From: a virus
Lineage: Duplodnaviria; Caudoviricetes
DNA length: 28,795 bases
Strand: one strand, 5' to 3'
IMG/VR virus record: IMGVR_UViG_3300044724_007133
Coordinates: 1 to 28,795 of that record
The notes beneath the pieces are model-generated. The model was not told where the DNA came from. It saw only the letters and a program-made list of their open reading frames with translations, and made no database searches. Below are positions 15,154-25,922 of the stretch, in pieces. The position numbers and the translations under genes are program-made. Every line of letters starts with the position of its first letter. Positions within the stretch are counted from its first letter, which is position 1.

Positions 15154-18102
15154 TTAAGAGCTGACACCCGTAATAGTGAATATTGTAGTACCAGAGCTGT
15201 TTTTAATATTTAGGGTAGTGCCACCATCGACAAGCTTGCTCGCCGTAACTGCACCATCAGCAATCATACTATTAGTCACTTGTATCCAATCTGCATTACC
15301 AGCTGCGCTTGCACTTCTACCTAAAACGTATCCTACACTTGAAGTAGTATTTACTTGCTCAATTTTGTCATTAGTAACGGCATTATTAGCAATCATTGCT
15401 GTCTGAACTTGAGTCGCCGTAACAGCTGCTGTGGCTCCTGTTGCATTACCAAGAACAGTATTAGCATCAATCTGCTGTAGCTTACTAACAGAAATGCCGG
15501 CAAGAGTACTTATATCACCATCTAACAAGAAACCATTCAACGACAATTCGACATGACCATCTGTAACAGTAAAGTTGGCAGAGTCAAACGATGCAATACC
15601 TTTGTTATCCTTTGTTGCATCTTCACCACTAATTATACCAAATTGAAAATCAAGACCCTCACCAGCATAAATATGCGCCCTGACTTCAGAAGCAGATGGT
15701 CCAGTGTAAGTAAATACACCGGTACCAGAATCATAACTCAATGAGCCATCACCACCAGCATCTGTTACACTAACAGCACCTCTTGCACGGGCGTCTGTGA
15801 AGTATTGATTTGTCGAACCCTCACTTACCGAATCTGTTGTTCTATTAAATACCTCATTGATCGCCCCGACTATTGTCGTCGCTTTTGTATCAAGGTCGCC
15901 AACCGCGCCCGATGTACCATCAAGAGTGGTTAAACGATCGCTGTCTGTATCAATTCTAGCTTTTAGTTCATTGATAGCAGCAACTGCATTTGATTGTGCT
16001 GTGGTATTTAAACTTGACAGCGTTCCAATGCGACCATTGAGGGTAGTATACAAATTATTGACGTTGCTGACAACAGTTGTGCCAGATTTGAAAGCTGTAT
16101 TAAAACTTGAGATTGTGCCAATTGTTGTATTTGCTGTATTGGCATTTGTATCAACTTCGTTGATTGCGGCAACCAACGAACCTTGTGCATCTGTATTTAA
16201 GCTCGCCAGCGTACCGATTTCACCATCAAGTTCATTGATGGCAGAAATTAGATCGGTACCAGTTGTAGTTAGTTGAGCAATGTCACCACCAATGTAATCT
16301 GACTCTAGCTCGTTAACAGCAGCTGTTAGGTTTGTCGCGACGGTGTTGAGGGATAGCGTACCAGCATATGCATCGGCATCCTGAATGTTTGTCAACAAAA
16401 AGTTGAGTATTTCTGAGAGATGTTTATCATCTAACGAATCTGTTAGATCTGCATTTGGTAGAAAAACCTTACCATTGAACGTAACATCTCTTTCCGTTGT
16501 TGGAGTACCAGTAGAAACAGTAAACACCGTTTGGCCATTAGACTTAACTTCAAGGTTGTTATCAGCAGATTTTCTTGTTAGAGTGGCATACGATACACCA
16601 TTTTTGTACAACGTAACGTTGCCACTAAATGGATCAATCCTAACATCAGAACTATCCGATACAAGATCTAGTCTACCATAGCTGGCTCTGACACGAGCTG
16701 CATCGGTACTAAGATCCATCTCAAGGCCATGAGTAGTTGAATCATGGAAGTGGAATTCACCCCCATAAGCCTTGAATGTAGCTACACCTGTTGCTGTAGC
16801 TTTATCACCTATCTCAAATAAAAGCTCGTCTTTTTCAACTTTGAATGTTGTCAGTTCAGCTGATGTGTTTGTAAATCTTAAAAGCTCATCGCCGTTGTCT
16901 TGGACAATAACATTACCGCCGTCTCCATCAAGAAGAAGGTCGCCAGCCGCTTCAATTTCTAGGTTGCCAGAACCAGTAAAGATCTTAGGAGTGCCTGTTA
17001 GGTTAGCAGTAATAACTGTGGTACCGCCATCCTTCAAATAGATGTTGCCACCATCAGCATCCAAGCTGATGTTAGCAGAGACATCGAGTGTTAGACTGCC
17101 TGTCCTGTTGATGTTTGTACCACCAACAGTAACACTACCACCGGTTGCAACCGTACCAGCAGTAGTAACATTAGCACCATCAAATGTCATGGCAGTCGTA
17201 CTGCCTGACTTGACAATTAGGTTACCCGATGTGTTGGTAAATGCACCATACTGTGTACCATCATCCTTTAGAGCGACGTCACCTCCGTTTGCATCTAAGT
17301 TAATGTCACCTTCTACATCAACGGTTAGATCACCGGCTGGTACATCAATCTCTTTGTTTGTACCGTCATTAGTAAATGTAAATTGAGTTGTGCCGTCATC
17401 AGCAATTTCAACAGTAGCGTTGTCTGCATCAAGTACAATACTTGTTGCTGCATCAACAGTAAAGTCGCCGGTGTTGGTTACACCTGTGCTGTCAACAACT
17501 TGCCGGCCGTTTGTAACGCTATTGAATTCTACATCAGATGCTACTAATACAGCTTGATCAAGAAGACCATCTAGCGAATCAACACGGTCAACAACTTCTA
17601 CAATAGCACCTACTGTATTAGTGTTTTCTGTTGTTGTGAGAGCTGTTACGTCACCAAGCTCTGTACGCAATTCTCTTGCAGCTGCTGAAAGATCAGTAGC
17701 AGTGAGACCGGTCAACGTCATGTTGCCAATGTCTGTCTCGTGCTCGTTTATAGCACCTGTAAGAGTCTTTGCTGTGGTTGTTAAGTTAGTTGCTGGCTCA
17801 GCACCAATATCAGAGTCAAGCTCATTGATAGCAGCACGTAGAGTCTGAGCTGTTGTCGCTAATGCACTATCACCAATCTCTGCATCATGTTCGTTGATTG
17901 CAGTAACGACATTGGTTTTATCTATTGTCGTTAGATTTTCACGAGGACCAAGATTAGAATCAAGACTATTAATAGCTCCTACTACATCGGAGTCAGTATC
18001 CGTAGTGAGCTGAACGATATCACCTAGATCGGTCGAGATATCGTTAGTCTTCTCTTTCCATACATTAATGGTATCGCTTGAATTGACAATTGTCTTGGCC
18101 AT
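15154..18102 (-). CDS. Segmented coiled-coil fibre protein (982 aa; tail fibre or fibritin-like)
   Basis: DTINVWKEKTN anchor; about 12 repeats of LxTxxxxxxxAINE(L/H)xxxIG in two blocks; four LDADGG-type beta repeats; MIA..AVT..K repeats; C-terminal LNIKNSSGTTIFTI. Confidence 0.8.
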   Translation of the reverse strand: MAKTIVNSSDTINVWKEKTNDISTDLGDIVQLTTDTDSDVVGAINSLDSNLGPRENLTTIDKTNVVTAINEHDAEIGDSALATTAQTLRAAINELDSDIGAEPATNLTTTAKTLTGAINEHETDIGNMTLTGLTATDLSAAARELRTELGDVTALTTTENTNTVGAIVEVVDRVDSLDGLLDQAVLVASDVEFNSVTNGRQVVDSTGVTNTGDFTVDAATSIVLDADNATVEIADDGTTQFTFTNDGTNKEIDVPAGDLTVDVEGDINLDANGGDVALKDDGTQYGAFTNTSGNLIVKSGSTTAMTFDGANVTTAGTVATGGSVTVGGTNINRTGSLTLDVSANISLDADGGNIYLKDGGTTVITANLTGTPKIFTGSGNLEIEAAGDLLLDGDGGNVIVQDNGDELLRFTNTSAELTTFKVEKDELLFEIGDKATATGVATFKAYGGEFHFHDSTTHGLEMDLSTDAARVRASYGRLDLVSDSSDVRIDPFSGNVTLYKNGVSYATLTRKSADNNLEVKSNGQTVFTVSTGTPTTERDVTFNGKVFLPNADLTDSLDDKHLSEILNFLLTNIQDADAYAGTLSLNTVATNLTAAVNELESDYIGGDIAQLTTTGTDLISAINELDGEIGTLASLNTDAQGSLVAAINEVDTNANTANTTIGTISSFNTAFKSGTTVVSNVNNLYTTLNGRIGTLSSLNTTAQSNAVAAINELKARIDTDSDRLTTLDGTSGAVGDLDTKATTIVGAINEVFNRTTDSVSEGSTNQYFTDARARGAVSVTDAGGDGSLSYDSGTGVFTYTGPSASEVRAHIYAGEGLDFQFGIISGEDATKDNKGIASFDSANFTVTDGHVELSLNGFLLDGDISTLAGISVSKLQQIDANTVLGNATGATAAVTATQVQTAMIANNAVTNDKIEQVNTTSSVGYVLGRSASAAGNADWIQVTNSMIADGAVTASKLVDGGTTLNIKNSSGTTIFTITGVSS

Positions 18103-18336
18103 TTACAACTTCTCTACTAATTTAGTAAGCAAGCTCTTAATATCTTGTACATCATTCTTTAAGTTGTCAACGTCTTCACGAAGCTGTGCTTGTTGTTTAA
18201 TTTGATCTCTTCGAGCTTGTTTTACTCTTTGAGCTCTTGCTATTTCATCATTACTATTTATACTAACAATTGCACCCGATCTCATGTCGCGCACGAGACC
18301 GGGATTGTTCTCCACAGGCACATGATAAGATTTCAT
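18103..18336 (-). CDS. Small coiled-coil protein conserved downstream of VrlC-like genes (77 aa)
   Basis: VENNPGLVRD..SGAIV motif and a heptad C-terminus (VDNLKNDVQDIKSLLTKL); abuts both neighbours. Confidence 0.8.
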   Translation of the reverse strand: MKSYHVPVENNPGLVRDMRSGAIVSINSNDEIARAQRVKQARRDQIKQQAQLREDVDNLKNDVQDIKSLLTKLVEKL

Positions 18337-18337
18337 A

Positions 18338-21300
18338 TTAGGTACTCAAGGCAATTGCTCTGAAGTCCCGAATTTGTGGAACCTTCGAACTGTTTGTTGA
18401 TTTCATTACAATCTTAAATTGCATCTGATCAAACGGTGTCAAATCGCCATTATCACCTCCAATCAAATACTCATACTCTCTAAACACTGTTATGTTATCA
18501 TCTGTCGCTACAGGAGAAATAGTATCCTGTAGAATCCACTCAGTGTTAAACAAGATACCTTCCGCGCTGTCTTGGCTTGTATTAGTTCTGTAATACAAGT
18601 CAACGTAAGAACCATTAGGTCTGTTTGCTGCCAAAAGAACTTTAATGCCTGTTGCAGGATTTTCTAGAGCGACAGGAAGAGTAATATGCTTAGCGAGATG
18701 AGTACCACCTGATGGTGAAGTTTCTGCAATGTACGTATTAGGTACATTGAATCCACTCGTTGCAGCTGCAGCCTGTCTGTCGATCAAATTGTTGACAGCA
18801 AGAATTGAGCAACGCTGCATATCGAGCATAGGCGATACATTGCTATTCGAAGAATTCAAAATAGCGTTGATTTGAACTGACTTGTTACCATTGTTGGCAT
18901 CGAACCCTTGCGCTGCCTCAACCCGCTCTGATGCAATCACTTTAGGTGTGTTAAATATGTTATTATCGTTAATAACAATTGGTGTGAATGAGGTATCTTG
19001 ATTGTACCCACTTAGACCATCATTCGACGTCAATGAAACACCAGAAAGGAATTTACCTGTAAATCTTATTGTAGTGTTTGGAGGAACGAGGGTTTCGACT
19101 AGCGGAACAGCAACGTCCATCATTACTTGTCGTTCAGTTAGTACTGCGGTTCCTCCACCCAACGCTGTCGCGTTTGCAGCAGAATCAGCTATGATCTTAA
19201 ATCCGTATCCATCGACTGATTCAATTGTTCTCACGCCATTGATAGAGCCTGCTGATATACCACCAACAGCTTCTGCCCCAGCAATGTTAACCGTATCTCC
19301 AACAACAAAACCATGTCCTGTTAGAGGAATGTATACACCAGAGTCTCCGGAGTCGGTCAACAATTCGTTCGTTTGAATTAATTCAAGAGGTGTTGTTACA
19401 TTCACTAGTCTAGCGACACCCTGGCTTGTACTAAAGTTTGCTTTATACAAAGTAAACATTAAATCACGTTCTTGATCAGGAGTCCATGTTCTAGCGTTCT
19501 GTGACTTAAACAACGAACCGAGAGAAGGTTGTTTAGCAACTCTCGCTGCAGTCGTGTTCAATTGGAAATCACCAGCCTTCGATACATAGACATTGTACGT
19601 CGTTGTATCAGCGATCAACACAATTGAGTACTCGTTACCACCTGTTAGATAAACAGGTTCGTCAAACTCAAATACAGTTTCTAGTCCTTGTACATCTGTC
19701 ATAGAAGCTGTAGTTAGATCAGCAGGGACCGCTGTTGGCACTTGCTGTGTCATCGCTAGAATTTCTGTTGATGATGGAACACCATTCACTGTTGGTCTAA
19801 TTTGACAAATCACAGGAATTGTTGAATCCACAGTAGCAAAGTGGATACCAACCTTTGTTACATACACACCCTCTGTTTCAGGAACAAAGAATGTCTGAGC
19901 TAGAGGATCAACCAACCAAGCTCTTGTGGTAGTACCACCTCCAATAACAATCCGTCTCGTTGCAACAATGTCGCGTTGTCGAGTTTCCAAAACTCCCGTT
20001 GACGTAAAGTTCGCACGTGCAATACATAGCGCGTTGTCATCTTGCGCTACATTAATATCCATTAATTTGAACTCGCGGGTACCAGTTCTGAATCTTCTTG
20101 CGGCTGTAGACGGAATGAAGAATGAACCAGCAAGCGTACCATCAGCACCTGTAATGATTTCAGATGTTGGAGTATCGGGGTGCTGAGTTGCAGCATTATA
20201 ACGGTTACCATAATCTTCGTCGTTTTGACTGTGACGAGAATACGATTCAACTTTAACCCACGACGACACATCCACATTATCAAAGAATGGGAACATTCTG
20301 TGGTTAGGTTTTAGACCCCAAGCCCTGAAATACACCTTTCTTGAACGCATGAATGGAATAAAAGCGGTATCTAATAATCTGTCTCCGACAGTATTACGAA
20401 TAACTCTATCAGACGTAATACGTGCTGTTTGGAACGTGCCTACTACTGTCCTCCATCCCCGCATTCTGTGACTAATACGTCGCTCTATTGATTCGTTCTG
20501 AACCGAAGCACCAAATGTTGCCTGACCTTGTAGTTGACCAGCCCAATTCCACAACCAATTATTCCAACCAAAACTAGCATTGTTGCTGATTGTGACCCCG
20601 CCATCTATCACATTGTCGGCAACATAGTCACGTTCGACCCAGTTATCCGTTGTAGGTGAAAGTTCCATGAAACCTTCTTTGCGTACAACAGCATAAGGAT
20701 TAATGTTAATATATTCGCTTGCAAACTGCTGATCTTGATATGTTGAGTGAGTGTATGACAAATAAACATTGTCGCCCTTCAATACAACATTAGTCGAATT
20801 GTCCGAGTCGAACTTCAATCGGCGCTCTTGTTCAACAAACGACGGTCTAAGAATCCCTTGTTGAGGATCAATAGAGGCATGATAATCAGCACTCGTTGTT
20901 AATGCACGAGCATGATCGTAGAAATTATCTACAAAGAAACCAGACTTGAGACGAGAATTACCAGCGGAATCAAATACCAGTAAGTTATCTGTTTGAGTCT
21001 CTAGTAGAGATAGCGAAGTGACTTCTTCAAGTTTTGACAACCGTTGCTCGAGCAAATCGATATCTTGCATTGTGTATCGTTGTGCGCGAATCTGGTTAGT
21101 AAACAAATCTCCATCATTTAACATGTATGGATTCATGTGAACATGGAACAAATCCAACGTGCCTGTTGGTTTAGCTGGTAACTGAGGGACAAGAGAAGGT
21201 TCACCCTCTAGAACACTAACGGCACTGTTCTGATCAATACCAATTCTCAATGTCTTGCCAAGATAATACTTCACATCAGCTTGTACAGCCTGAGCATTTC

Positions 21301-23446
21301 TTGGTAATCTAAATTGAATTGATCCTGCACTTGTAAAGTCATCGCTCGGACTCTTTACAGAACGGAAATCAAGTACATCTCTGAGATTGACTGTAGAACC
21401 ATCGTCTTTTGTATAGTCAGGAATATCTTCATAGTCAATCTGTCCTGAATATGAGTTTACGGCAAAATAGTGGCCACCTGCCAAATGCTCGAAATACCTG
21501 AACTGTACATATACATCACCTGCTGGTGCTGTTTGTCCTGGCTTGAGTCTCAATTGACCCAAATCATAATGTGTATCCCTTTGACCATTGTCAAACTCAT
21601 AACGAGAAGAAATGTCAGCTCCTGAAACTGAGCCACTTCTGATTGCTAACACATCGTAAACATCTGCTTTTCCTAAATTAACAGTACCATTACCTGCAGG
21701 TGTGATTGTACTTGTAGTAGTTGTAAGACTTTTCTGCTTAGGTTGGGCATTGGTCAACAACACAAAACCATGAACTTCTAACAATGTTCCATCGTCTATT
21801 GTTACGGTATCAATGTTAAAGTTTGCAAACGTATCACCCGCCGTACCACCACTAGCAAGCGTTGCCGTGAACGAAACATCAGAGTCTCTACTAAACACAA
21901 AATCAGTTGTGTTAGTCCAATCTGCATCTGTTAATCCAGTTAATTGAACTTGGTTGCTTGTAGCAGAGATTGATCCGAAATAGCGGTGAACAGTAATATC
22001 TGCACCAGTGACGCTTTGTGGTCGTGTGATTGGCAAATCAAATAAGTATGAGCTCGCAGCTGCTTCTTTCAAAACCGCAGTGTCGTTTTCTGCAAGAATA
22101 TTGATATAGTTTGTTGTGCTTGTGCCCAATGATGCCAAACCGCCTAAGTTCGCGCCAGACTCTCTTTCCACACCAAACAAATGAATTCGGAAGTTACCAT
22201 CGTTGTTTTCTTCTACGGCACTAACATAAGCAGTACCAAGAGTGGTCCCTGTAAAATTAGATCCACTCTTTAGCGTTACTTGTTCGAACGGATTAGGCAA
22301 ACCAGCGTTTGAACTAGCAACACCAATATAGTAATAACCATACGAAGCACTAATTGCTTCATCTGTTGTTAATTCAGTTGTTCGTGGCTTATCAATTGTA
22401 AACTTCGTTGGAAGATTAATAAACGCTCTGTACCCATCAACATACGCTACACCATTACTAATGTCTAAATCAACTTTTGTATTGTCATCTTCGTTCGTAT
22501 CAAATTTAAGAATAAAATTCTTGGCAATGTAGTTACCTGATTCTTCGAATGTTCTAGTAGCTAACAATTTTTCAGGAATGTTGTAATCATCACCAGTTAC
22601 ATTTTCGTCTATCTTCACTCCGTTGCGTATTTGAGCAAGATAGATGTAGTTGTCGGTTGCAGTGAGGTCCTCAATCACAGCAAGTGTGAGACGGATTCTG
22701 TAACGGTCTGCACCAGGCGCAGATCTGTTTAGTGTTGCACCTTGATTGTCAAACAAATTAGGGTCATCTGCCGTAGTAACAATGCTTTCTGTTACCTTCA
22801 AGCCGATAGTTGCGTTGGGAGTACTAGAATATTTGGAAACGATAATACTCTGTGAACCAGTAAATACTAATCTTTCCTTGACATAAAAATCACCAGCGTC
22901 AATAGAAAACCGTGTACCTTGTCCCACAGCTGGATTGGATGGAGTGTTAGTTGTCTGTACAGTAAATGTAAAATCACCTCCCGACAATGTAGTACCGGGT
23001 GTAACTCTAATTGGTTCGCTACCAGCTGTTTCTGCTTGGGTACTGACATAGCGAACAAACAGCGTTGCAGGCTCTGCTGCACTAACATAGGCTGTGCTCT
23101 CAATCACCTCTACGATGACACCCTCAGTACTTGTCAATCGTTGACTACCTGAGTTTAGTGTAGTTAGAGCGGCTCCTGTAGGGTAAGGATTAATTGATGT
23201 ATCTAACTTAATGAATTCATATTCATTGTTAGACGTCATGTTTCCCGAATTGACAGGGTTACCATCTTTAAACAGATGTCGCAGCAAACGAGACATTTCT
23301 GTCTGTGTAATCGTTTGCATCTGTGTAAGTTCACGAGCCTGCAAAGCACGGCCGGCGTTAAACAGAATACGGTGATAGTTGTCGCTATCAACGTAATCGT
23401 CTTTATAGGTAGATGCAAATAAATTTTTCGAGAAACTTGTAGCCAT
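18338..23446 (-). CDS. vrlC: VrlC-like / DUF4815 large baseplate-associated structural protein (1702 aa)
   Basis: YKDDY...NYHRILF..GRALQARELTQMQT, APGADRY, RTFEESGNY, RYTMQDI..LEQR, RLKSGFFVDNF, DPLAQTF, GSLFKSQN..TWTPDQ..DLMF and P.IRDFRAIA motifs. Confidence 0.85.
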   Translation of the reverse strand: MATSFSKNLFASTYKDDYVDSDNYHRILFNAGRALQARELTQMQTITQTEMSRLLRHLFKDGNPVNSGNMTSNNEYEFIKLDTSINPYPTGAALTTLNSGSQRLTSTEGVIVEVIESTAYVSAAEPATLFVRYVSTQAETAGSEPIRVTPGTTLSGGDFTFTVQTTNTPSNPAVGQGTRFSIDAGDFYVKERLVFTGSQSIIVSKYSSTPNATIGLKVTESIVTTADDPNLFDNQGATLNRSAPGADRYRIRLTLAVIEDLTATDNYIYLAQIRNGVKIDENVTGDDYNIPEKLLATRTFEESGNYIAKNFILKFDTNEDDNTKVDLDISNGVAYVDGYRAFINLPTKFTIDKPRTTELTTDEAISASYGYYYIGVASSNAGLPNPFEQVTLKSGSNFTGTTLGTAYVSAVEENNDGNFRIHLFGVERESGANLGGLASLGTSTTNYINILAENDTAVLKEAAASSYLFDLPITRPQSVTGADITVHRYFGSISATSNQVQLTGLTDADWTNTTDFVFSRDSDVSFTATLASGGTAGDTFANFNIDTVTIDDGTLLEVHGFVLLTNAQPKQKSLTTTTSTITPAGNGTVNLGKADVYDVLAIRSGSVSGADISSRYEFDNGQRDTHYDLGQLRLKPGQTAPAGDVYVQFRYFEHLAGGHYFAVNSYSGQIDYEDIPDYTKDDGSTVNLRDVLDFRSVKSPSDDFTSAGSIQFRLPRNAQAVQADVKYYLGKTLRIGIDQNSAVSVLEGEPSLVPQLPAKPTGTLDLFHVHMNPYMLNDGDLFTNQIRAQRYTMQDIDLLEQRLSKLEEVTSLSLLETQTDNLLVFDSAGNSRLKSGFFVDNFYDHARALTTSADYHASIDPQQGILRPSFVEQERRLKFDSDNSTNVVLKGDNVYLSYTHSTYQDQQFASEYININPYAVVRKEGFMELSPTTDNWVERDYVADNVIDGGVTISNNASFGWNNWLWNWAGQLQGQATFGASVQNESIERRISHRMRGWRTVVGTFQTARITSDRVIRNTVGDRLLDTAFIPFMRSRKVYFRAWGLKPNHRMFPFFDNVDVSSWVKVESYSRHSQNDEDYGNRYNAATQHPDTPTSEIITGADGTLAGSFFIPSTAARRFRTGTREFKLMDINVAQDDNALCIARANFTSTGVLETRQRDIVATRRIVIGGGTTTRAWLVDPLAQTFFVPETEGVYVTKVGIHFATVDSTIPVICQIRPTVNGVPSSTEILAMTQQVPTAVPADLTTASMTDVQGLETVFEFDEPVYLTGGNEYSIVLIADTTTYNVYVSKAGDFQLNTTAARVAKQPSLGSLFKSQNARTWTPDQERDLMFTLYKANFSTSQGVARLVNVTTPLELIQTNELLTDSGDSGVYIPLTGHGFVVGDTVNIAGAEAVGGISAGSINGVRTIESVDGYGFKIIADSAANATALGGGTAVLTERQVMMDVAVPLVETLVPPNTTIRFTGKFLSGVSLTSNDGLSGYNQDTSFTPIVINDNNIFNTPKVIASERVEAAQGFDANNGNKSVQINAILNSSNSNVSPMLDMQRCSILAVNNLIDRQAAAATSGFNVPNTYIAETSPSGGTHLAKHITLPVALENPATGIKVLLAANRPNGSYVDLYYRTNTSQDSAEGILFNTEWILQDTISPVATDDNITVFREYEYLIGGDNGDLTPFDQMQFKIVMKSTNSSKVPQIRDFRAIALST

Positions 23447-23459
23447 TCTTTTCTACTCT

Positions 23460-24875
23460 TTATAGTTGAATAACAATTTTAATATCTTCTGTCTGCTCTT
23501 CAGCACGTTGAATAGGAGCTCTATTATCTATGTACAGCAATTCACCACTGAATGGATCTATTGAGCCTCTAGTATACGCATCAGAGTCTGCGTCTGTTGC
23601 GACAAGCTCTGTGACGCCTTCACCAACACCACCATCGACCGTCACTGTTTCCGACTCTTGAAACTTTGTGAATCCTGTCGTTTCTGTTTGGTGGAAATAC
23701 AGATAATGGGTAGAACCAGAGTCATACACATCATCGAGATAAGCACGAGCGCCAGATGTGCCCCCTTCAATAATCGCGGGTGCACCTGAGGTTCCTAGTT
23801 GAAATGTTGTACTAACAGACGATAGTGATAGATATCTTAAACCAGATCCTGTGGTGCTTGTATAATCGGAATCTACGTCTTGCCATTTCTTAGGATTGCG
23901 AATCAAAGAAACTTGTCTGAAGCTGTTGCCAGATGTAATAATCCAGTCATCATCTTCTGCTCCAGATGGCTTAACATTAAGCATCATTGCGCTTGCTTTT
24001 AAGTCATCTCGCGCATCATAACCAAAGCCTTGTGACGGACCAATTACAGGCCGAATCACTGCTGTCACACCACCCACACCAGTCGGAGCTTCTACAGAAA
24101 CAGAGGCCCAGTCATACCCTGATCCAATATCAGGACTGCCAGATCCATTCGAATCAATTTCTATCTTTACAACCGCACCGCCATCGATGAACGCTCTTGC
24201 AGTAGCACCTGTCCCATTACCAACAACAGTGACAGCTGGAACGGTTTCATAACCACTGCCCTGATTTGTAACTCGATAACCAATAATTTGTCCTGCAACA
24301 GCGGCGTTCTGGTTTATTACTTGGTTTCTTTCTGACTCAGGATCTGCGGCGCCAGCACTATCAATTCTTTGGACTGGCATAAAGTTTGCGGCTAGAAATT
24401 TGGAAGCAGATAATGCACCAATAGTATACAAGTAACGCCACATGTAGCCATCAGCTGTGTAAAACGGACTTGTGCCGGTACCTGTTGGTTGAACAGTGGA
24501 AGGGACAGCCTGTCCTTGGGCATTCCGACCACCCTGCAAACAAACATACACCTGGTTCTCGTCTGTTATTACATAGAAGTTGTTAGTAGGATGGCCTACA
24601 CCAGCATCATCCCAACCCGAATATACAGCACCTGTTGACCAGTTACTACGGGGTACAACAGCGGATGCATCAGATACTAATTTATACGATTGAACAGCAT
24701 ACCTTGCTTGTCTGGCGGTACGCAATGAGTTGGTAGGAGTTGTAGGATTCTGATCAGAATCCCATGGATCGTTTTTACCAACTGCCGCATAGTAGTAACT
24801 GCTGACGTTTTCAATATCAGCTATTGTCTGACTTATAAACTGTTTCTTTAAATTATCAGTGATTGTCGCTGCCAT
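23460..24875 (-). CDS. gp8: Baseplate wedge subunit gp8 (471 aa)
   Basis: VVPR.NWSTG..Y, FYVITDENQVYVCL, TADGYMWRYLYTI, KFL..NFMPV and SGELLYIDNRAPIQR...QTEDIKIVIQL. Confidence 0.9.
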   Translation of the reverse strand: MAATITDNLKKQFISQTIADIENVSSYYYAAVGKNDPWDSDQNPTTPTNSLRTARQARYAVQSYKLVSDASAVVPRSNWSTGAVYSGWDDAGVGHPTNNFYVITDENQVYVCLQGGRNAQGQAVPSTVQPTGTGTSPFYTADGYMWRYLYTIGALSASKFLAANFMPVQRIDSAGAADPESERNQVINQNAAVAGQIIGYRVTNQGSGYETVPAVTVVGNGTGATARAFIDGGAVVKIEIDSNGSGSPDIGSGYDWASVSVEAPTGVGGVTAVIRPVIGPSQGFGYDARDDLKASAMMLNVKPSGAEDDDWIITSGNSFRQVSLIRNPKKWQDVDSDYTSTTGSGLRYLSLSSVSTTFQLGTSGAPAIIEGGTSGARAYLDDVYDSGSTHYLYFHQTETTGFTKFQESETVTVDGGVGEGVTELVATDADSDAYTRGSIDPFSGELLYIDNRAPIQRAEEQTEDIKIVIQL

Positions 24876-24887
24876 TTGTTTATCCTA

Positions 24888-25886
24888 TTATGCAGTAATT
24901 GTGACGTAAGCGTTGCTTGAATCAGCACCACCAACCATAAACCAGTTAGCGCCTGACCAAATAACTTGTGTTGAACCGTTTTGTGCTAAGCTAAACGATG
25001 TGCCTGGAGCAAAGCTGGTTGGAGTAACTGTAACTAGACCTGCACCAGCATTGGCCATAATCTTGAGTTCTCCTGTTGTTGTTCCATCAGCAAGGGTTGC
25101 TGCAAGAGCTGAGCCTTTGTTGAATACTACGAAAGAGGCACTATCACTAACAGCTCCATCAGCTGTTTGTGTTTGATGATTCAATGCCAACTTGTTAACC
25201 TCAACAGCACCCGATCCTTTACTATTAACATTGAAATTAATATTAGTATCTGAACCTGTAGCACTTAGAGATGGACCGTTACCCGTAGCAGCGTTGGCTA
25301 AAGTAACCTCGTTAACAGCACTTGCTGTGGCTGTTACTTTAATAAGTTCTGCACCATTGATATCATTAATAGAACTATCAACAATAGGAGTTGTAAGAGT
25401 AGCAGACGTAAGAGTCTTATTTGTTAAAGTCTGTTGCGTCGCAAGTGTAACAATCGTATCGCTGTCTGTCAACGTTGGAATGTTTAGGTTAGTATTGGCC
25501 GTCAACGACCCAGGAACAAGAACATAATTGTGAGAAGAATCCGCATCCTTAATTTCTGGTTGTGTCATTGCTGGCGTCAGCAATGTTTTATTTTCTAATG
25601 TGTCTGTCGTATCGTTTAAGATAACAGTACCAGTAGCATTAGGAAATGTGATTGTACGCGCAGCGGTTGGGGTTGTAAATGCAAGATCGGTATAGTTAGA
25701 AGCAGTCTGAGTTCTTCTAATAGTAGTGTCTTGAATTTGAATATTAGTAGAAGGCTGACCGCTATCCCCACTTAGCTGCTCATAGATCTCAGCAAAGTTC
25801 TGATTGATCTTTTGGCCAGCAACACGTAAGGTATCACCTGTACCGTCGTTAGCTGATGTGCCAATATTAATGTTCTGTCGTGCCAT
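24888..25886 (-). CDS. Baseplate protein with T4 gp9/gp10-type N-terminal domain (332 aa; fibre connector)
   Basis: MARQNINIGTSANDGTGDTLRVAGQKINQNFAEIY matches the gp9/gp10 N-terminal motif; TLENKTL/TLTNKTL fibre repeats follow. Confidence 0.8.
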   Translation of the reverse strand: MARQNINIGTSANDGTGDTLRVAGQKINQNFAEIYEQLSGDSGQPSTNIQIQDTTIRRTQTASNYTDLAFTTPTAARTITFPNATGTVILNDTTDTLENKTLLTPAMTQPEIKDADSSHNYVLVPGSLTANTNLNIPTLTDSDTIVTLATQQTLTNKTLTSATLTTPIVDSSINDINGAELIKVTATASAVNEVTLANAATGNGPSLSATGSDTNINFNVNSKGSGAVEVNKLALNHQTQTADGAVSDSASFVVFNKGSALAATLADGTTTGELKIMANAGAGLVTVTPTSFAPGTSFSLAQNGSTQVIWSGANWFMVGGADSSNAYVTITA

Positions 25887-25914
25887 GTTCTAACCTATTA
25901 ATTAGTTATACTGA

Positions 25915-25922
25915 TATTTATA
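25915..25922 (-). promoter_or_regulatory. T4-type late promoter TATAAATA overlapping the gp7-like stop codon
   Basis: Exact consensus (GTA TAA ATA), 29 nt upstream of the ATG at 25886. Confidence 0.7.

Noticed and set aside
23457-23464. TATAAAGA near-consensus late promoter before vrlC
   Set aside because: One mismatch and only 10 nt from the ATG, leaving no room for a leader; it is formed largely by the gp8 stop codon.
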